Origin: a virus | IMG/VR virus record: IMGVR_UViG_3300021957_003133 | Coordinates: 32,001 to 96,000 of that record | Length of the DNA: 64,000 bases | Direction: 5' to 3' (one strand) | Shown here: piece by piece, positions 1 to 13,800 of the stretch | Layout of the letters: each line of letters starts with the position of its first letter | How positions within the stretch are numbered: the first letter of the stretch is position 1 | Made by a program: the position numbers and the translations under genes | Notes under the pieces: generated by a model | Seen by the model: only the letters and a program-made list of their open reading frames with translations | What the model was told of the DNA's origin: nothing | The model's database searches: none

Positions 1-2
1 CT

Positions 3-1835
3 AAAAAAGATACGCTACAGTTCTTCTATAGTAACTATGCACAAATTAATGTTTCAGATACTTTCTGGAATAAGTCATTGGATGATGCAGGGATCACAGG
101 ATATTTTTATGATGCGGCTGGAAATATATTACAGGTAGGACATTATGTCAGTGATGGCAAGAAATATATTAAACAAAGTGCTATTGTTAAATTCTCTGCA
201 GGTAGTGGAAAGTACTTTGACGCACAAAACACAATACAAACAGGAACACCAAGTCAGTCTGGAGACAAGTATTTTATCTATGCTGAAATTATCGAAGTAC
301 TAGCAGACGGGACCAATGCTGGCGAAGGCAATTTAGAGAATGGATCAGGACCAATAACATTAAATCAGATAGTTCCAACAGGTGCTGAAGCTGTAAGAGT
401 ATTTCCAGTGTTTAATAACACGTTAACAACTGCTGTAACTACTAGCATGGTTGAATACATAGAAGCATTTAAAGACTTTGGATTACGATATGATGTGCTT
501 ACATCAGAATGGACTATAATTACTCCTGAAAACATGAACACTGGAGACTTTAGCCTAGCAAACGCAGGTAGTACCAGTAGTTTAGGACTTGATAGTTCGT
601 GGATAATTAGATTCCAAACAGTAGGGCAAACATATTCAGTTTATTATAGAGGACTGCAATATGTTTTTGAAAGTGTTAAAGAAACTAACTTTTATTTTGA
701 TGACCAAGTTAAGATATTTGATACACGTACAGGTTTTGTTATACGGGATCAAATTAATGTATTAAAAATGAATTCAAACCCAGATGATGCTAGTGCATTG
801 GCATTAGATTATCAATGGCACATATATGATAATGTTGTCGAAACAGATGGATATAGTAATCCTAACAAAGTATTAGTTACATATCCTGATGCCAACGACG
901 ATGGTGTTCCAGATAATCCAGAACTATTTGAAACGCTGGTAAGTCCTACTACACTAACAAATCAAAAATATGTCTATTTCCAAAATACTTTTGGCTATGA
1001 TAATTTTGTTATACAGACGCCAGTAAGCAATGGCTTGGTGGTTAGTACATATGATAGCCTTGTTGCTCTTGAAACTGCAAAAACTCTTTTCCAAACTGGA
1101 CAACTGTTTTATGTTCCGAGTACTAACACATTCTATCAACTAACTATAACAGGAGCAGTTTATACACTGTCTGTAGTTACTGGTTACACTGCTAAAGTAG
1201 GACGTCAGGACATATATTTCCAGTACAGACATAGCTCACCAAACAATAGACGTATTGATCCGAGCCCAAATAACATTGTGGATTTGTATATACTAACTAA
1301 GTCATATGCCACAGAGTACCTTGCTTGGTTACAAGACACAACAGACACTGTGACAGAGCCTGTAGCACCTACACCAGAAGTGTTAGGTACAGATTATAGT
1401 ACTTTAGAAAATTATAAAACAGTGTCAGACACAGTGATATACAATCCTGCTAAGTTCAAACCAATCTTTGGCAGTAAAGCAGAAGAATCATTACAAGCAA
1501 CATTTAAAGTAGTAAAAAGTTACGGTGTGGTTGTCAGCGACAATGATGTAAAGACCAGTGTGATCGCGGCTATCAATACTTACTTTGATTTGAATAATTG
1601 GGACTTTGGAGAAACATTTTACTTTAGTGAACTGAGTGCGTATCTACATTCAGTACTAGCACCAAACATAGCTAGTGTAAGTATAGTTCCGAATAGTTCC
1701 ACAGAAACATTTGGTAGTCTACTACAGATAAATGCAGAGTACAACGAAATAATTGTTAGTGCCGCAACAGTAGACAATGTACAAATTATTACAGCTATTA
1801 CAGCCGCACAACTTAACCAAACTGTAACAGCTTAA
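3..1835 (+). CDS. Baseplate wedge-like virion protein, 5'-truncated by the window edge
   Basis: Frame is open from position 3 (KKDTLQFFYSNYAQ...). C-terminal RIDPSPNNIVDLYIL ... NNWDFGETFYFSELSAYLH resembles baseplate-J/gp6-like C-termini of large myoviruses. Lies in the structural block. Confidence 0.6.
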   Translation, partial: KKDTLQFFYSNYAQINVSDTFWNKSLDDAGITGYFYDAAGNILQVGHYVSDGKKYIKQSAIVKFSAGSGKYFDAQNTIQTGTPSQSGDKYFIYAEIIEVLADGTNAGEGNLENGSGPITLNQIVPTGAEAVRVFPVFNNTLTTAVTTSMVEYIEAFKDFGLRYDVLTSEWTIITPENMNTGDFSLANAGSTSSLGLDSSWIIRFQTVGQTYSVYYRGLQYVFESVKETNFYFDDQVKIFDTRTGFVIRDQINVLKMNSNPDDASALALDYQWHIYDNVVETDGYSNPNKVLVTYPDANDDGVPDNPELFETLVSPTTLTNQKYVYFQNTFGYDNFVIQTPVSNGLVVSTYDSLVALETAKTLFQTGQLFYVPSTNTFYQLTITGAVYTLSVVTGYTAKVGRQDIYFQYRHSSPNNRRIDPSPNNIVDLYILTKSYATEYLAWLQDTTDTVTEPVAPTPEVLGTDYSTLENYKTVSDTVIYNPAKFKPIFGSKAEESLQATFKVVKSYGVVVSDNDVKTSVIAAINTYFDLNNWDFGETFYFSELSAYLHSVLAPNIASVSIVPNSSTETFGSLLQINAEYNEIIVSAATVDNVQIITAITAAQLNQTVTA

Positions 1836-1864
1836 TTGAATAATATCAAAAAGATGAGAACATA

Positions 1865-4800
1865 ATGGCCGCAAGAAAAAGTATAAATTTACTACCTGGA
1901 GTATTTAGGACTGACGTTAACGAGAAGTTCCTGAATGCCACAGTGGACCAATTAGTCAGTGAGCCGAGCCTCACAGACCTTTATGGTTATATTGGTAGAC
2001 AATTTGCACCAACTTTTAAGAAAGGCGATAGCTACATCACAGAAGAAACAACATTACGCCAAGACTATCAGTTAGAACCAACTACAGTAATAAAAGATAA
2101 CGAAGGTAATACAACATTCTTTGCTAGTTATTTAGATTTTCTTAATAAGGTCAAATACTACGGCGGATATACTGAAGACCAAAGTAGATTGTTTGCTAGT
2201 GAATACTATAGTTTTGACCCACAAGTGTCACTTGACAAGTTTGTAAACTTTGGTCAGTATTACTGGTTACCCAATGGCCCGAGTACGGTACAAGTAAACA
2301 CAACTGGTGTTGAATTAATTAAAGATTATACAGTTAGTCGTAACGATAACCAAAATCAATATGATTTTACTTCATCTGGAGAACAAAATAATACATTGGT
2401 ATTAGCCAGAGGAGGTACATATACGTTCGCAGTAGATCAATCAGCTGGTTTTTGGATACAAACAGAACTAGGTATAGACGGACTAGTTAATGTTACACCA
2501 ACTATCTCTAGTAGAGCTGTATTAGGCGTAGAAAATAATGGTGCTACCAATGGTACCGTGACATTTACTGTGCCGCAATCAGACGCACAAGATAGATTCC
2601 TTTCACAAAATACGATAGCAACAGTTGACTATGCACTACCGTTACCATTCAGTAAAGTACAAAATAGATTACTAAGTGATTTCTTGGTAGAGTATCCACA
2701 GTTTGCTGGACTAGCTGGGCAATTAGATGGTAAGACAGCAGTGTTTGTAGAACAAGACACACTAACTAATGTAGAGAATGCTTGGACAGTAGCATACGAA
2801 AACAGCGGCGAGTCAGTTGAGTTTGATTTTGGTGAAACAGTTCCTCAAGGTAGTAGATATGGAGTATGGCAGATTCAATTGATTACTAGCGGGTCTGACA
2901 AACTTATTAATATATTCCCAACAACAGTTATTCCGTTCGACAATAAAGTTTACATTAAGTCTGGTATAAATTTTGTAAACAAAGAATTTTATAAAGAGTT
3001 CACTGAGTTTCTTGAACCAGTTCCGGTTATCAGCAGTATACTAGATACGTTATACATACAGGATGGTGATAGGGCAGATATCTACGCTAAAATTAAAATT
3101 GTAGACTTTAATAATTTTACCATTGATGTCAACGCAGATATTTTAGGAGAGAATACATATACTAGTCCCAACGGAGTAGAATTTACTTCAGGATTAAAAA
3201 TTAAATTCGACAGTGACGTTACTCCTACAACGTATCAGGAAAAAACATACTATGTAGAAAATGTTGGTGAAGGAATCAGACTTGTCGATGAAACACTATT
3301 AGTAACTCCTGAAACATACAACGACGAAGTAGCTACTAATTATCCAATACAAAGAATAATGCTTACTAAAGCAACAACTGCAGAAATTACTGCAGGTACT
3401 GTAATCACAGTTGGTGATAATTCCATCGAAGTAAACACTGATATAGCTATTGGTGCAACAAAAATAACAACACTTGATTCGATATCCGCAGTTGAAAAAG
3501 GTCAGGTAGTTACAGGTGCTGGAATACAATCAGCCACAGTGGTATATGATGCATTTGCAGATACTATATTCCCAGATTACATCACTATAAAAAGAGACGC
3601 ACTTGATTTAAATGCATGGTCACGTAGTAATCGCTGGGTACACAGTGCAATCATCGAAGCTTCAGCAACTTATAACAACGAGGTATTAGTTCTTTCACAA
3701 GACTTACGTGCTCAGCGTCCGATAGTACAGTTTGAAGGCGACTTGCAGTTATTTAATCACGGTCGTATTGGCAAAAGGCATGTCGACATAGTAGATACTC
3801 AAATCACAGACGCTTTTATAGAACTAGAAGGAAAAGTACTAACAACTGCTTTTGGAGTTACATTGTTTGACGGCATGAGAGTTTTATTTGCTAATGATAA
3901 TGATCCTTTAGTAAGAAATAAAATATATAATCTTAACCTAGTTCAATATGAAGTTGATGCAGAAGGATTTCCAGAAGGCACATTTCATATCAAATTAACA
4001 AAAGCTGATGATGGTGATGGTCAAGAATGGGATTCAGTTGTAGTTGGGCTAGGTGCGTCTAAAGGACATTCTTACTGGTATAACGGAACTGAATGGAAAC
4101 TAGCACAACAAAAAACAGGCACACAACAAGATCCTTTGTTTGATGTTTATGATACTGCAGGCAAAAGTTTAAGTAATCTTGATTACTACCCACGTAGTAG
4201 TTTTGTAGGAACAAAACTATTTGGGTACGACAGGGGAACTACAGGGGTCAATGACAAGATATTAGGATTCCCATTAAACTACAGAAGTTTTAGTAGTCAA
4301 GGCGACATACTCTTTGCTAATTATTTCAACACTGATATATTTAATTATGTGGTTGGATTAGAAACTAAAAAAATTAATGTAAACACCGGTTATCTGCAGA
4401 GCATACAAACTGACAGAACAACCAAACCTAAAAATACCTGGCAAACAGTCAATGAATCTAGTAGACAGTATCAGGTATTCGAGTTCGAATATACGGCCAC
4501 TACTGATAATCCTTTTGCATTAGACATCACTCCTAAACAACAAGATACTCATGGATTTACAGACACTGTACCCTACGTTAAAGTTTATCAAAATCAAAAG
4601 ATATTAAAACAAACACATTGGTCCATTAGTGCTACAAATAGAATAACTGTGTCAGCCACATTGGCTGTAGGTGATATTATAAATGTATTAGTGTACAGTG
4701 AACAGGTCAGTGAACAAGCATACTATCAAGTTCCTTTGAATTTAGATCTAAATGCACAGAACACAGACATAACAACATTAACTCTTGGGCAGGTTAGAAA

Positions 4801-7800
4801 CCATGTTGTGGCCCTGGGACAAAATAGTACAGCCTTAGTAGGTGATATACTTGGAAAATCAAATCTAAGAGATCTTGCAATTAAAGGCCAAGGCGGTAGT
4901 ATACTTCAACACAGTGCACCAATACCTTATGCTGAACTATTCTTAATTGACGAAAAAGCAAACTTCATCGATTCTATACAATTCGCACAAAGAGAGTATG
5001 CAAAATTTAAAAACAAGTTCCTGGAGCTAGCAATATCACTACCTGGGGTTGACTCGGCTGATGCTGTTGCTAGTGTCGACACAATCATAGCACAAATAAA
5101 TCTTAATAAAAATGTTTCAACTCCATGGCATTATAGTGATATGGTTCCAACTGGAACGTTGCGAGAAACTATAACATATAAAGTGTTTGATCCATTGGTA
5201 CTAAGTTACGAAATTACTAGCATATTTTCAAGCACAACATTAAGTAATCAAGCAGTACTAGTATATCTGAACGGAACACAACTAATACTAGGAAGAGACT
5301 ATTCGTTTGATACTACAAGGCCAGCAGTAGATTTTGATTCGAACTATGTGACATTCGCAGTCGATGATATTATTACAATAGTTGAATATGCAAACACCGA
5401 CGGATGTTATATTCCAGAAACTCCGAGTAAAGTAGGAACGTATCCAAAGTTTGAACCTGAACTAATCTTAGATGATACCTATAAAAGTGCAATAACAGTA
5501 ATTAGAGGGCATGATGGCAGTATTACTCCAGCATTTGATGACTATAGAGATAATCTTCTTCTTGAATTAGAAAAACGTATATACAACAATATTAAAATAC
5601 CTGATACAAACACGTACCAGACTGAATTACTAACAGCTTTACCTGGTAAGTTTAGAGATAGCGGTTACACATATTCTGAGGTATGGAACGCAGTGGCAAC
5701 GGGCTTCATGACATGGGTAGGAAAGAACAGAGTTGATTTCTCAACCAACAATACATTTTTAAGTAATGATCCGTTTTCGTGGAACTACTCAAGATTTGTT
5801 GATCGACTAGATCGAGAATACTTACCTGGTAGCTGGCGTGCAATTTATCAGTACTATTATGACACGATATACCCGCATCAGCGTCCATGGGAAATGTTAG
5901 GATTTTCATCGCAACCTGATTGGTGGGAGGACCGTTATGGTGTAGGCCCATATACAGGTGGAAACAAACTGTTATGGGATGATCTAGAAGCTGGTAAAAT
6001 ATATGGCGGACCGCGGTCATTGGTTGACATGGGATCAGGTGTTGGTATAGACACAAATTATGTGCGTCCAGGACTAAGCCAAATTATTCCAGTAGACCAA
6101 AACGGATACTTATTAAGCCCAGAAAAAGTAGTAGCTCTAGCATCAAACTCAACTGATGCCGCAACTAGTTGGTCAATAGGGCAACTAGGACCTACTGAAT
6201 GGGCGTGGAGAAGTAGTAGTGATTATCCGTATGTATTACAGCAAGCTATGGCAGTATTGAAGCCAGCAGTTTACTTTGGTAGATTCATTGATACTTACAA
6301 TATTCGTTACAATACTGATATCAAACAGTACTTAACACTAACTGACAAACATCATGTACAACAGGATGAGATTGTATACAATGGATACATAAACCCATTG
6401 ATCCCAACTGTTATTAATAGAGGTGCTGGTTATCTGAACTGGATAGCTGACTATTTAAGAAGTCACGGAGTAACACCATCAGTTAAAATTAATCCAATGC
6501 TAGAAAACTATAATGTGAAATTAGCATACAAGATGGCAGGTTTCAGTGACAAGAAGTATTTACAGGTCTTAGCAGAACAGAGCTCACCGTCGAGTACAAG
6601 TACTAGTATCATGATTCCAGATGAAAATTATGATCTACTATTGAATAAGTCAGCACCAACTGACAAAATAACGTACTCAGCTGTTATAGTTGAAAAAGCA
6701 ACAAATGGATTTACTGTCAGAGGATATGATTTACATATTCCTTATTTTACTATTATTCCAAGTGTCAGCAACAATAATTCGTATAGTATCAGCGTGCAAG
6801 ATGAGTCAGGAACGATATTCAATGATTATCAAAATGTAAAGCTAACTGTTCCATACGGATATGAATTTAAAACACAACAGCAAGTAGTCGACTTCCTAAT
6901 AGGGTATGAAAGATATCTAAAAGCACAAGGATTTACATTTAATGACAGAGATGGTGATCTCGCAGAAACACGCGACTGGAAATTAAGTGTTAAAGAATTT
7001 TTATTCTGGGCCCAACAAGGATGGAGAGAAGGTAGCATATTAGTTTTAAGTCCTGTTACAAATAGTATAAAAGTAGTTACAGAAAATAACATAGTTGACG
7101 GGATTGAGGATAGCCAATACGGAAGTAAGGTTGTAGATCAAAACTTTAACATAGTAAAAAATACTGGCTATCAGATTACTCGTACTAGCAATAACTTTAG
7201 TGTTACTCTGCAAGATGACAATATGCTAGCATTGGTTCAACTAAGTTTGGTACAGTACGAACATGTACTAGTATTTGATAATACTACAGTATTCAATGAT
7301 GTAATATATCGACCTGAACTAGGTAATAGACAATTTAGATTAAAGTTGATTGGCCAGAAAACTAATCTTTGGGACGGTAGTTTGTATGCTCCAGGATTTG
7401 TTTATAACGACGAACTAGTGCCAGAATGGCAAGTTGGTGTTGATTATCTTAAGGGACAACTAATAGAATTTAAAGATCAATACTACGTAGCTCTAACAAA
7501 TGTTCCAGGAGCAACAGAGTTTAATTTTACAACATGGAAACAAATATCCAAATCAGAAATTAAGTCAGGACTACTTAGTAACTTTTCAACCACCGCGGTT
7601 GAATCACAAAGTTACTACGACAGCTATGGCGAGATCAAAGATAAAGATCAAATGGCATACAGTCACGGATTGATTGGGTATAAACCAAGACAGTATCTAG
7701 ACGACCTAGGATTAACTGAAACAACACAGATTGAATTTTATAAAGGTTATATCGGACAAAAAGGCACAAAGAATGCAATTGATGCATTGTCTAAAGCAGA

Positions 7801-10800
7801 TTTTGATACACTGAGTAGTAAAATTAGTTATTATGAAGAGTGGGCTATACGTACAGGAGAATACGGAGCGATAGCAAGTAATCCTTTTGTTGAAATAGCT
7901 CTTGATGAAAAAGCAATATCAGTTAATCCTGCAACTATAAAATTTGTTGGTACTAATGATGCAAACGACGGAAACGGAGAAACAGTATTTAATCAAAGTC
8001 AACTTTATAAATTCTTGGACGGAGAAGGTGCTAAATTCAACGGCAACATTGCATTAAACAGAGACAGTGCAAGTAATTACGATAACGATATATTAACTGC
8101 TGGTTACGTTAATATAGATGATATAGATGCGACGGTATATGATATTAGTGATTACTCAACACTAAACGTATTAGCTGATGATATAGGAACAGGATATTCA
8201 ATATGGACTGCTAAAGACTTCAATGGTAACTGGAATGTCTATAGAGTATCTGAATCAGATAATCAAGTAACAACATTAACTAATGCTTTGGATGGATATG
8301 TTACTTGGACGTCAAGCGAACAGCACGGTCTCATTAAAGACAACATATTTTTAATACGTGGCTTTGATGATAAATTTGATGGCTTCTATCAAGTATATAG
8401 TGTACCTGATCTTAAGAGAGTTACATGCCAGTATCTTGGCAACAGTGAAAATTTAGATACCTTAAACACAGCCAATGGTCTTGGAATACTGTTTGTGTTA
8501 GATAGTCTAAGATTCCGATTTATGGAAGATGCAAGAATCTTTGGATTAACCAACCCTAAGCAAGGGTGGCGCACAGGTGATAAGATATGGATTGATGAAG
8601 ATGCCGCAACCACAGTAGAACAAGGACAACCGTATGATGTAGCTAGTGGCGGATGGAAAGTATACGAAAAAACTAATCCTTGGAATTACAAAGAAACATT
8701 ATTAAAGTCTAGTTCAGAATATAAAGCTGATGATGGCTTTGGTACAGCAGTTAAACTCAGCTATGACGGATTATTAGCAACAGTAGGAAGTCCTTTTGCA
8801 AACACTACACCTTACTATAGCGGTGGTGTTGAAGAAGTAACCGGAAAAGTTAATGTCTTTAATAAAGACTATGCAGGTAATTTACTGGTAGCCACTTCTT
8901 TAATACCTAAATCTGGTAACGCACAAGTGACTACAAGAGAATATGGTAGCTGTGTTGACCAAGCAGTTGAAAAAGTTGTTGTTGGTGCTCCGGGCAGTTA
9001 CGGGAACATAGGACTAGTTTATCTTTACAATAGACCAGCCGGAACTACAGAGTTTGAAGAGCCACAAATAATATGGAGTAAAGATGTTACGGCTACCGGA
9101 GATAGGTTTGGATCTAGTGTATCACTTAGTGAATATGGTGATTGGCTATATGTAGGTGCTCCAGGCAATGACAGAGTATATGTTTACGGATTAAACACAC
9201 ACGTATCGAAAGAAAAAGATACTGTAGCAATCAACAATCGCAACACTTTAAGACTCAGTGGAAACACAGCAGTGTTCCCAGGAGATTTCATTACATATCC
9301 TGTAACAGGTGCAAACGCCAACGTTATCTCGTCTGGTAACACATTTGTTGGGTCAAGCTGGGGTTCAAATATCGTAGTCAATACTGGAGTTGGATTTGAC
9401 ACCGGAAATGCCAATGCAAATGTAAGTATTAATTCAGTTGACTCGACTCTATATGCGACCAATCTTTACAGTGTATCAAATATTAGTAATATTAGAACAT
9501 CATTTACCCCAACAGTGTCCGGACAAGCTGATTCATTATTGGTTAGGAATTCAAACAGAACGTTTATCCCAGAACTAGATTATACACTTAGTGGAAATGT
9601 AATTACGTTCACTGGTAACTTAGCAGAGGATACTTATGTAATAACACAAGCACCTTACTATGTATTATCGAATACTATTCAAGGTGAAACAGGTAGTTCC
9701 TTTGGTTCTTCTATGGACTCAAGTCTCGATGGTGCCCAACTTGGTGTTGGTGCTCCTAATGCTAACGTTTTTGTAAGCGGCCAATGGATCCAAGGTGCTG
9801 GTGCTGTTTATGTATATGATAGAGTCATTGAAGCATTTAAGACTACAGGATCAATAACGTATACAACAACAGGAACTATTGATTTGGTACACAAAGTACA
9901 AATTGACGGAGTCACTGTTGAAGACTATGTTCCACCTACCATTGGCGGAACCACATTAACATTTATTAATCCTCCTCCTATAGGCAAAGTTGTTTACATT
10001 GAAACAAACGAATTTAATTTACTAGAAGAGTTAACTGGTATTGACAGCTTAGAAGGTGGAAATACAGCAATACAACAAGGTGCGGCATTTGGTACTGACT
10101 TAACTATTTGTTCAAACAACTGTGCGATTTATGTAGGTGCTCCGTATTATGATAACGGAACAGCATACAACACAGGAGCAGTTTGGAAATTCCACAACAG
10201 AGGTAGACTGTACGGAACTAACACAGGTGATATAAAAAATCCAACATTTACACCAGGCGACACTATACGCTTAGATAACTTTGAAATAACAGTTACAGGA
10301 ACAACACTAGACAGTTTAGTTAACGATATTAATTCAGCCGCGATTGTTGGGCTAGTAGCTAGTAACGAAAATGGATATCTTAAATTAGATACAGATTCGA
10401 CTGTAGCCAAAAACTTATTAAGGATACTGTCAGGAAGTGATAACGGTGTGTTACTGGATGCTGGTATTAAAGTATTTGCATTTATGCAAATCATAGTAAG
10501 TCCATATAATACCCAAGGTGAATACTTTGGTAACAAAGTAGTGCTGGCACAAAATGCTTACATGTTAGTGATTGGTAGTGAACGTGGTACTACTAAGAGT
10601 CCACTTACAATAGATACTGATACATTAACATTAGATGATGATAGTACAATCTTTACAGATGATATCGTTGGTAGTGGTAGTACTTACGTTTATGAATTAT
10701 ATGATGATCCTAGAGACGAAGTAGAAAATCCAGGGAGATATGCATTTGCTCAGCAATTGATAGTTCCAGATCTAGATGGTAATGTGCAAACTCCATCAGA

Positions 10801-13800
10801 TAGATTAAATTCGGGTGATAGATTTGGTGCCGCCATAGATGTTATGGGCGGAGAGATTATAGTGTCTGCTCCAGGAGACGACACACAAGGACTAGATACA
10901 GGCAGTGTTTACATATTCTCTGATCCAGAAATGACAAGAGGCTGGAATTTAATTAGATATCAACAACCTAGAGTTGATGTTGACACCGTTAATAGAATAT
11001 TCTTATACAGTAAACTAACTGATACTATATTAACTAATTTAGAATTTATTGATCCAGCAAAAGGTAAAATATTAGGTGTAGCAGATCAAGAAATTAGCTT
11101 TAAGACAGAATATGACCCTGCTGTTTATAATCGCGGAGAAAATGCTAACTCGGCCTTTAATTGGAACGAAGCACAAGTAAATCAAGTTTGGTGGAACTTA
11201 GAACAAGTACGCTTTATTGATTATGAACAAGGAAGTTTAGAATATCGTAGTATTAACTGGGGTAGATTATTCCCAGGAAGTATAGTAGAAATATGCGAGT
11301 GGGTAGAGAGTCCAGTATTACCTAGTGCATATGTTACTGCTGGTTATGATGGTGTACCTAAATATGCTGACGATAGTAACTATGTTGAGATATCTAAAGT
11401 TAACCCTACAACAAACATTATCGAAAGTGTCTATTACTTCTGGGTCACTGGTAAAACTAGTATAACAGGTATCGACGAAACTAGAAATTTAAGTATACAA
11501 ACAATATCAGATTACATAACAAATCCTAAATCACAAGGCATTGGTTATTCAGCAATTATACAAAACAATAGTATTATAGTTTATAATGTGTCTGAATATC
11601 TGTCAGCTTCAAATACTATATTACATCTTGATTATGACATACTAAAGAATTCAAGTCTTATACATTCTGAATACGAATTGATACAAGAAGGGAATCCAGT
11701 TGATTTAATACCAAACAAAATTGTTAATAAAATGATAGACAGTCTTGCAGGTATAGATGCTGATGGAAGATCAGTACCTGATCCTACACTAAGCCCAGCT
11801 GATAGATACGGTATTGATGTTCGCCCAAGACAAACAATATTCATTGATAGATTAAAAGCAATGAGTGATTTAATTACTCATGTTAATGCTATACTAATTT
11901 CCAAACCTATAGCAAGACAGTATGATTTAACTAATATGCTTAGTCAAGAGGCCGAACCTAATATTAAATTAAATGAATATGATCTTGCTATCGAAACTGA
12001 AATAGAGTTACCATATATAAACACAGATATCTTATCAACCGGGTATAAAGTTTTAGTAAAACAAAATACAGCAGAGGATAACTTATGGACTTTATACGAG
12101 CTTACAAGTAATAAGTCTTGGAAATTACTGAGAATACAAAGTTATAAAACTAGTCTGTATTGGTCGTATGTTGATTGGTATGCTGAAGGTTATGACAGTA
12201 ATGAAGTCATTGAGTATGTGGTTGATACTTTGCCTGATGCACTAAAATTATCAGCAAGCGTTGGTGACGAAATTAAGGTTAAAGTAACAACAAGCACAGG
12301 TGGCGGTTGGAACCTGCTTACTGTAACTAGTACAGGTAGTTATGAAGTTGTTGGTATTGAAAACGGAACAATACAATTAAATGAAAGTTTAGGTGACTTT
12401 GCTGATAATGAAATTGGTTACAGTAACCAAGGATATGATGATGGACGACTTGACCAAAGTCCAAATATTGAAACAAGATATATTATAAATGCATTAAGGA
12501 ATGATATATTCATTGGAGAGTTACAAGGACAATTTAATGAACTATTCTTTGTAATGGTTAACTACCTATTCACTGAACAACTAAGTGTAGATTGGATATT
12601 CAAATCTAGTTTCATTAGTGTAACACAATATCTTCGAACACTAGGACAACCAGCTAACTACGTTAAAGATAATTTAACTTATTATGAAAATTATATAGAA
12701 GAAGTAAAACCATATAGAACTAAAATACGAGAATATTTAACAAACTATACTAGCGATGATCCGTTTGGTGGTGACATAACTGATTTTGATCTTGCACCTT
12801 ATTATGATCAAGATCTAGAAACTTTCCGATCACCAAACGGAGAGCACATTACCAAAGATACTCAATTATGGAGTACAGGCTATCTTCCTAACAATGGCGG
12901 GCTAGTTAATATTGATTATCCAAACTGGTATAATAATAGAACATTTGTTGTTGATAGTATAATCGTAAGCAATGTGGGCAGTGGATACACTAGTGCACCT
13001 ACAGTAACCGTATCAGGCGGCGGAAGTAATATACAAGCAACTGCTACAGCGACTATAAATGGAGATACTGGTAGTGTAACTGCAATAACTGTAGTGACTG
13101 AAGGGCAAGACTACACGTCAACTCCGACAGTAACAATTAACGGAACAACTGTTAGTAATGTTACTGTGATTGGTGGTAATGCAAATATACAATCAAATAC
13201 ATATACTGTTAATTCAACTGTTGGATTGTTTGTTGGCATGGCCGCTAATGTAGCGTTTGCCGCAAATACTATTATAGAAAATATTGATCGTGGTAATTTA
13301 GAAATTACTATGACTACAGCTAATACTAGTGCATTTACTAACACAGCAATTAGCTTTGGATTTACTACGTCAACAGAGCAAGGAATACTAGCAACAGCTT
13401 ATCCTGTATTAAAAAATAATAAAATAAGAACTTTTGACAGTACATTAAAGTTTGATAGAATCACATATAGTACAGAAGTTCAACCATGGCAAGCAAACAC
13501 ATTCTTCCAAGCTAATACTATTGTTAGTTTTGGAAATGTTGGCTACCAGGTAACAGCAAATGTAACCACTGGTAATACATTTGTGCTTGACAACTATACA
13601 GTTTATCCAGCGGCTGATTTTAAAAATGCTAACGATCGTATCATGGCATACTATAGTCCACAGTCGGATATGGAGGCAAAAGATCTAAATCAACTTATCC
13701 CAGGAATTGAATATCCTGGAGTGCAAGTACAAGGATTAAACTTTAACCAACAACCAGGTATAGGTGGAGACATTGTAGCTAACATTACGTTTAGTGGTAG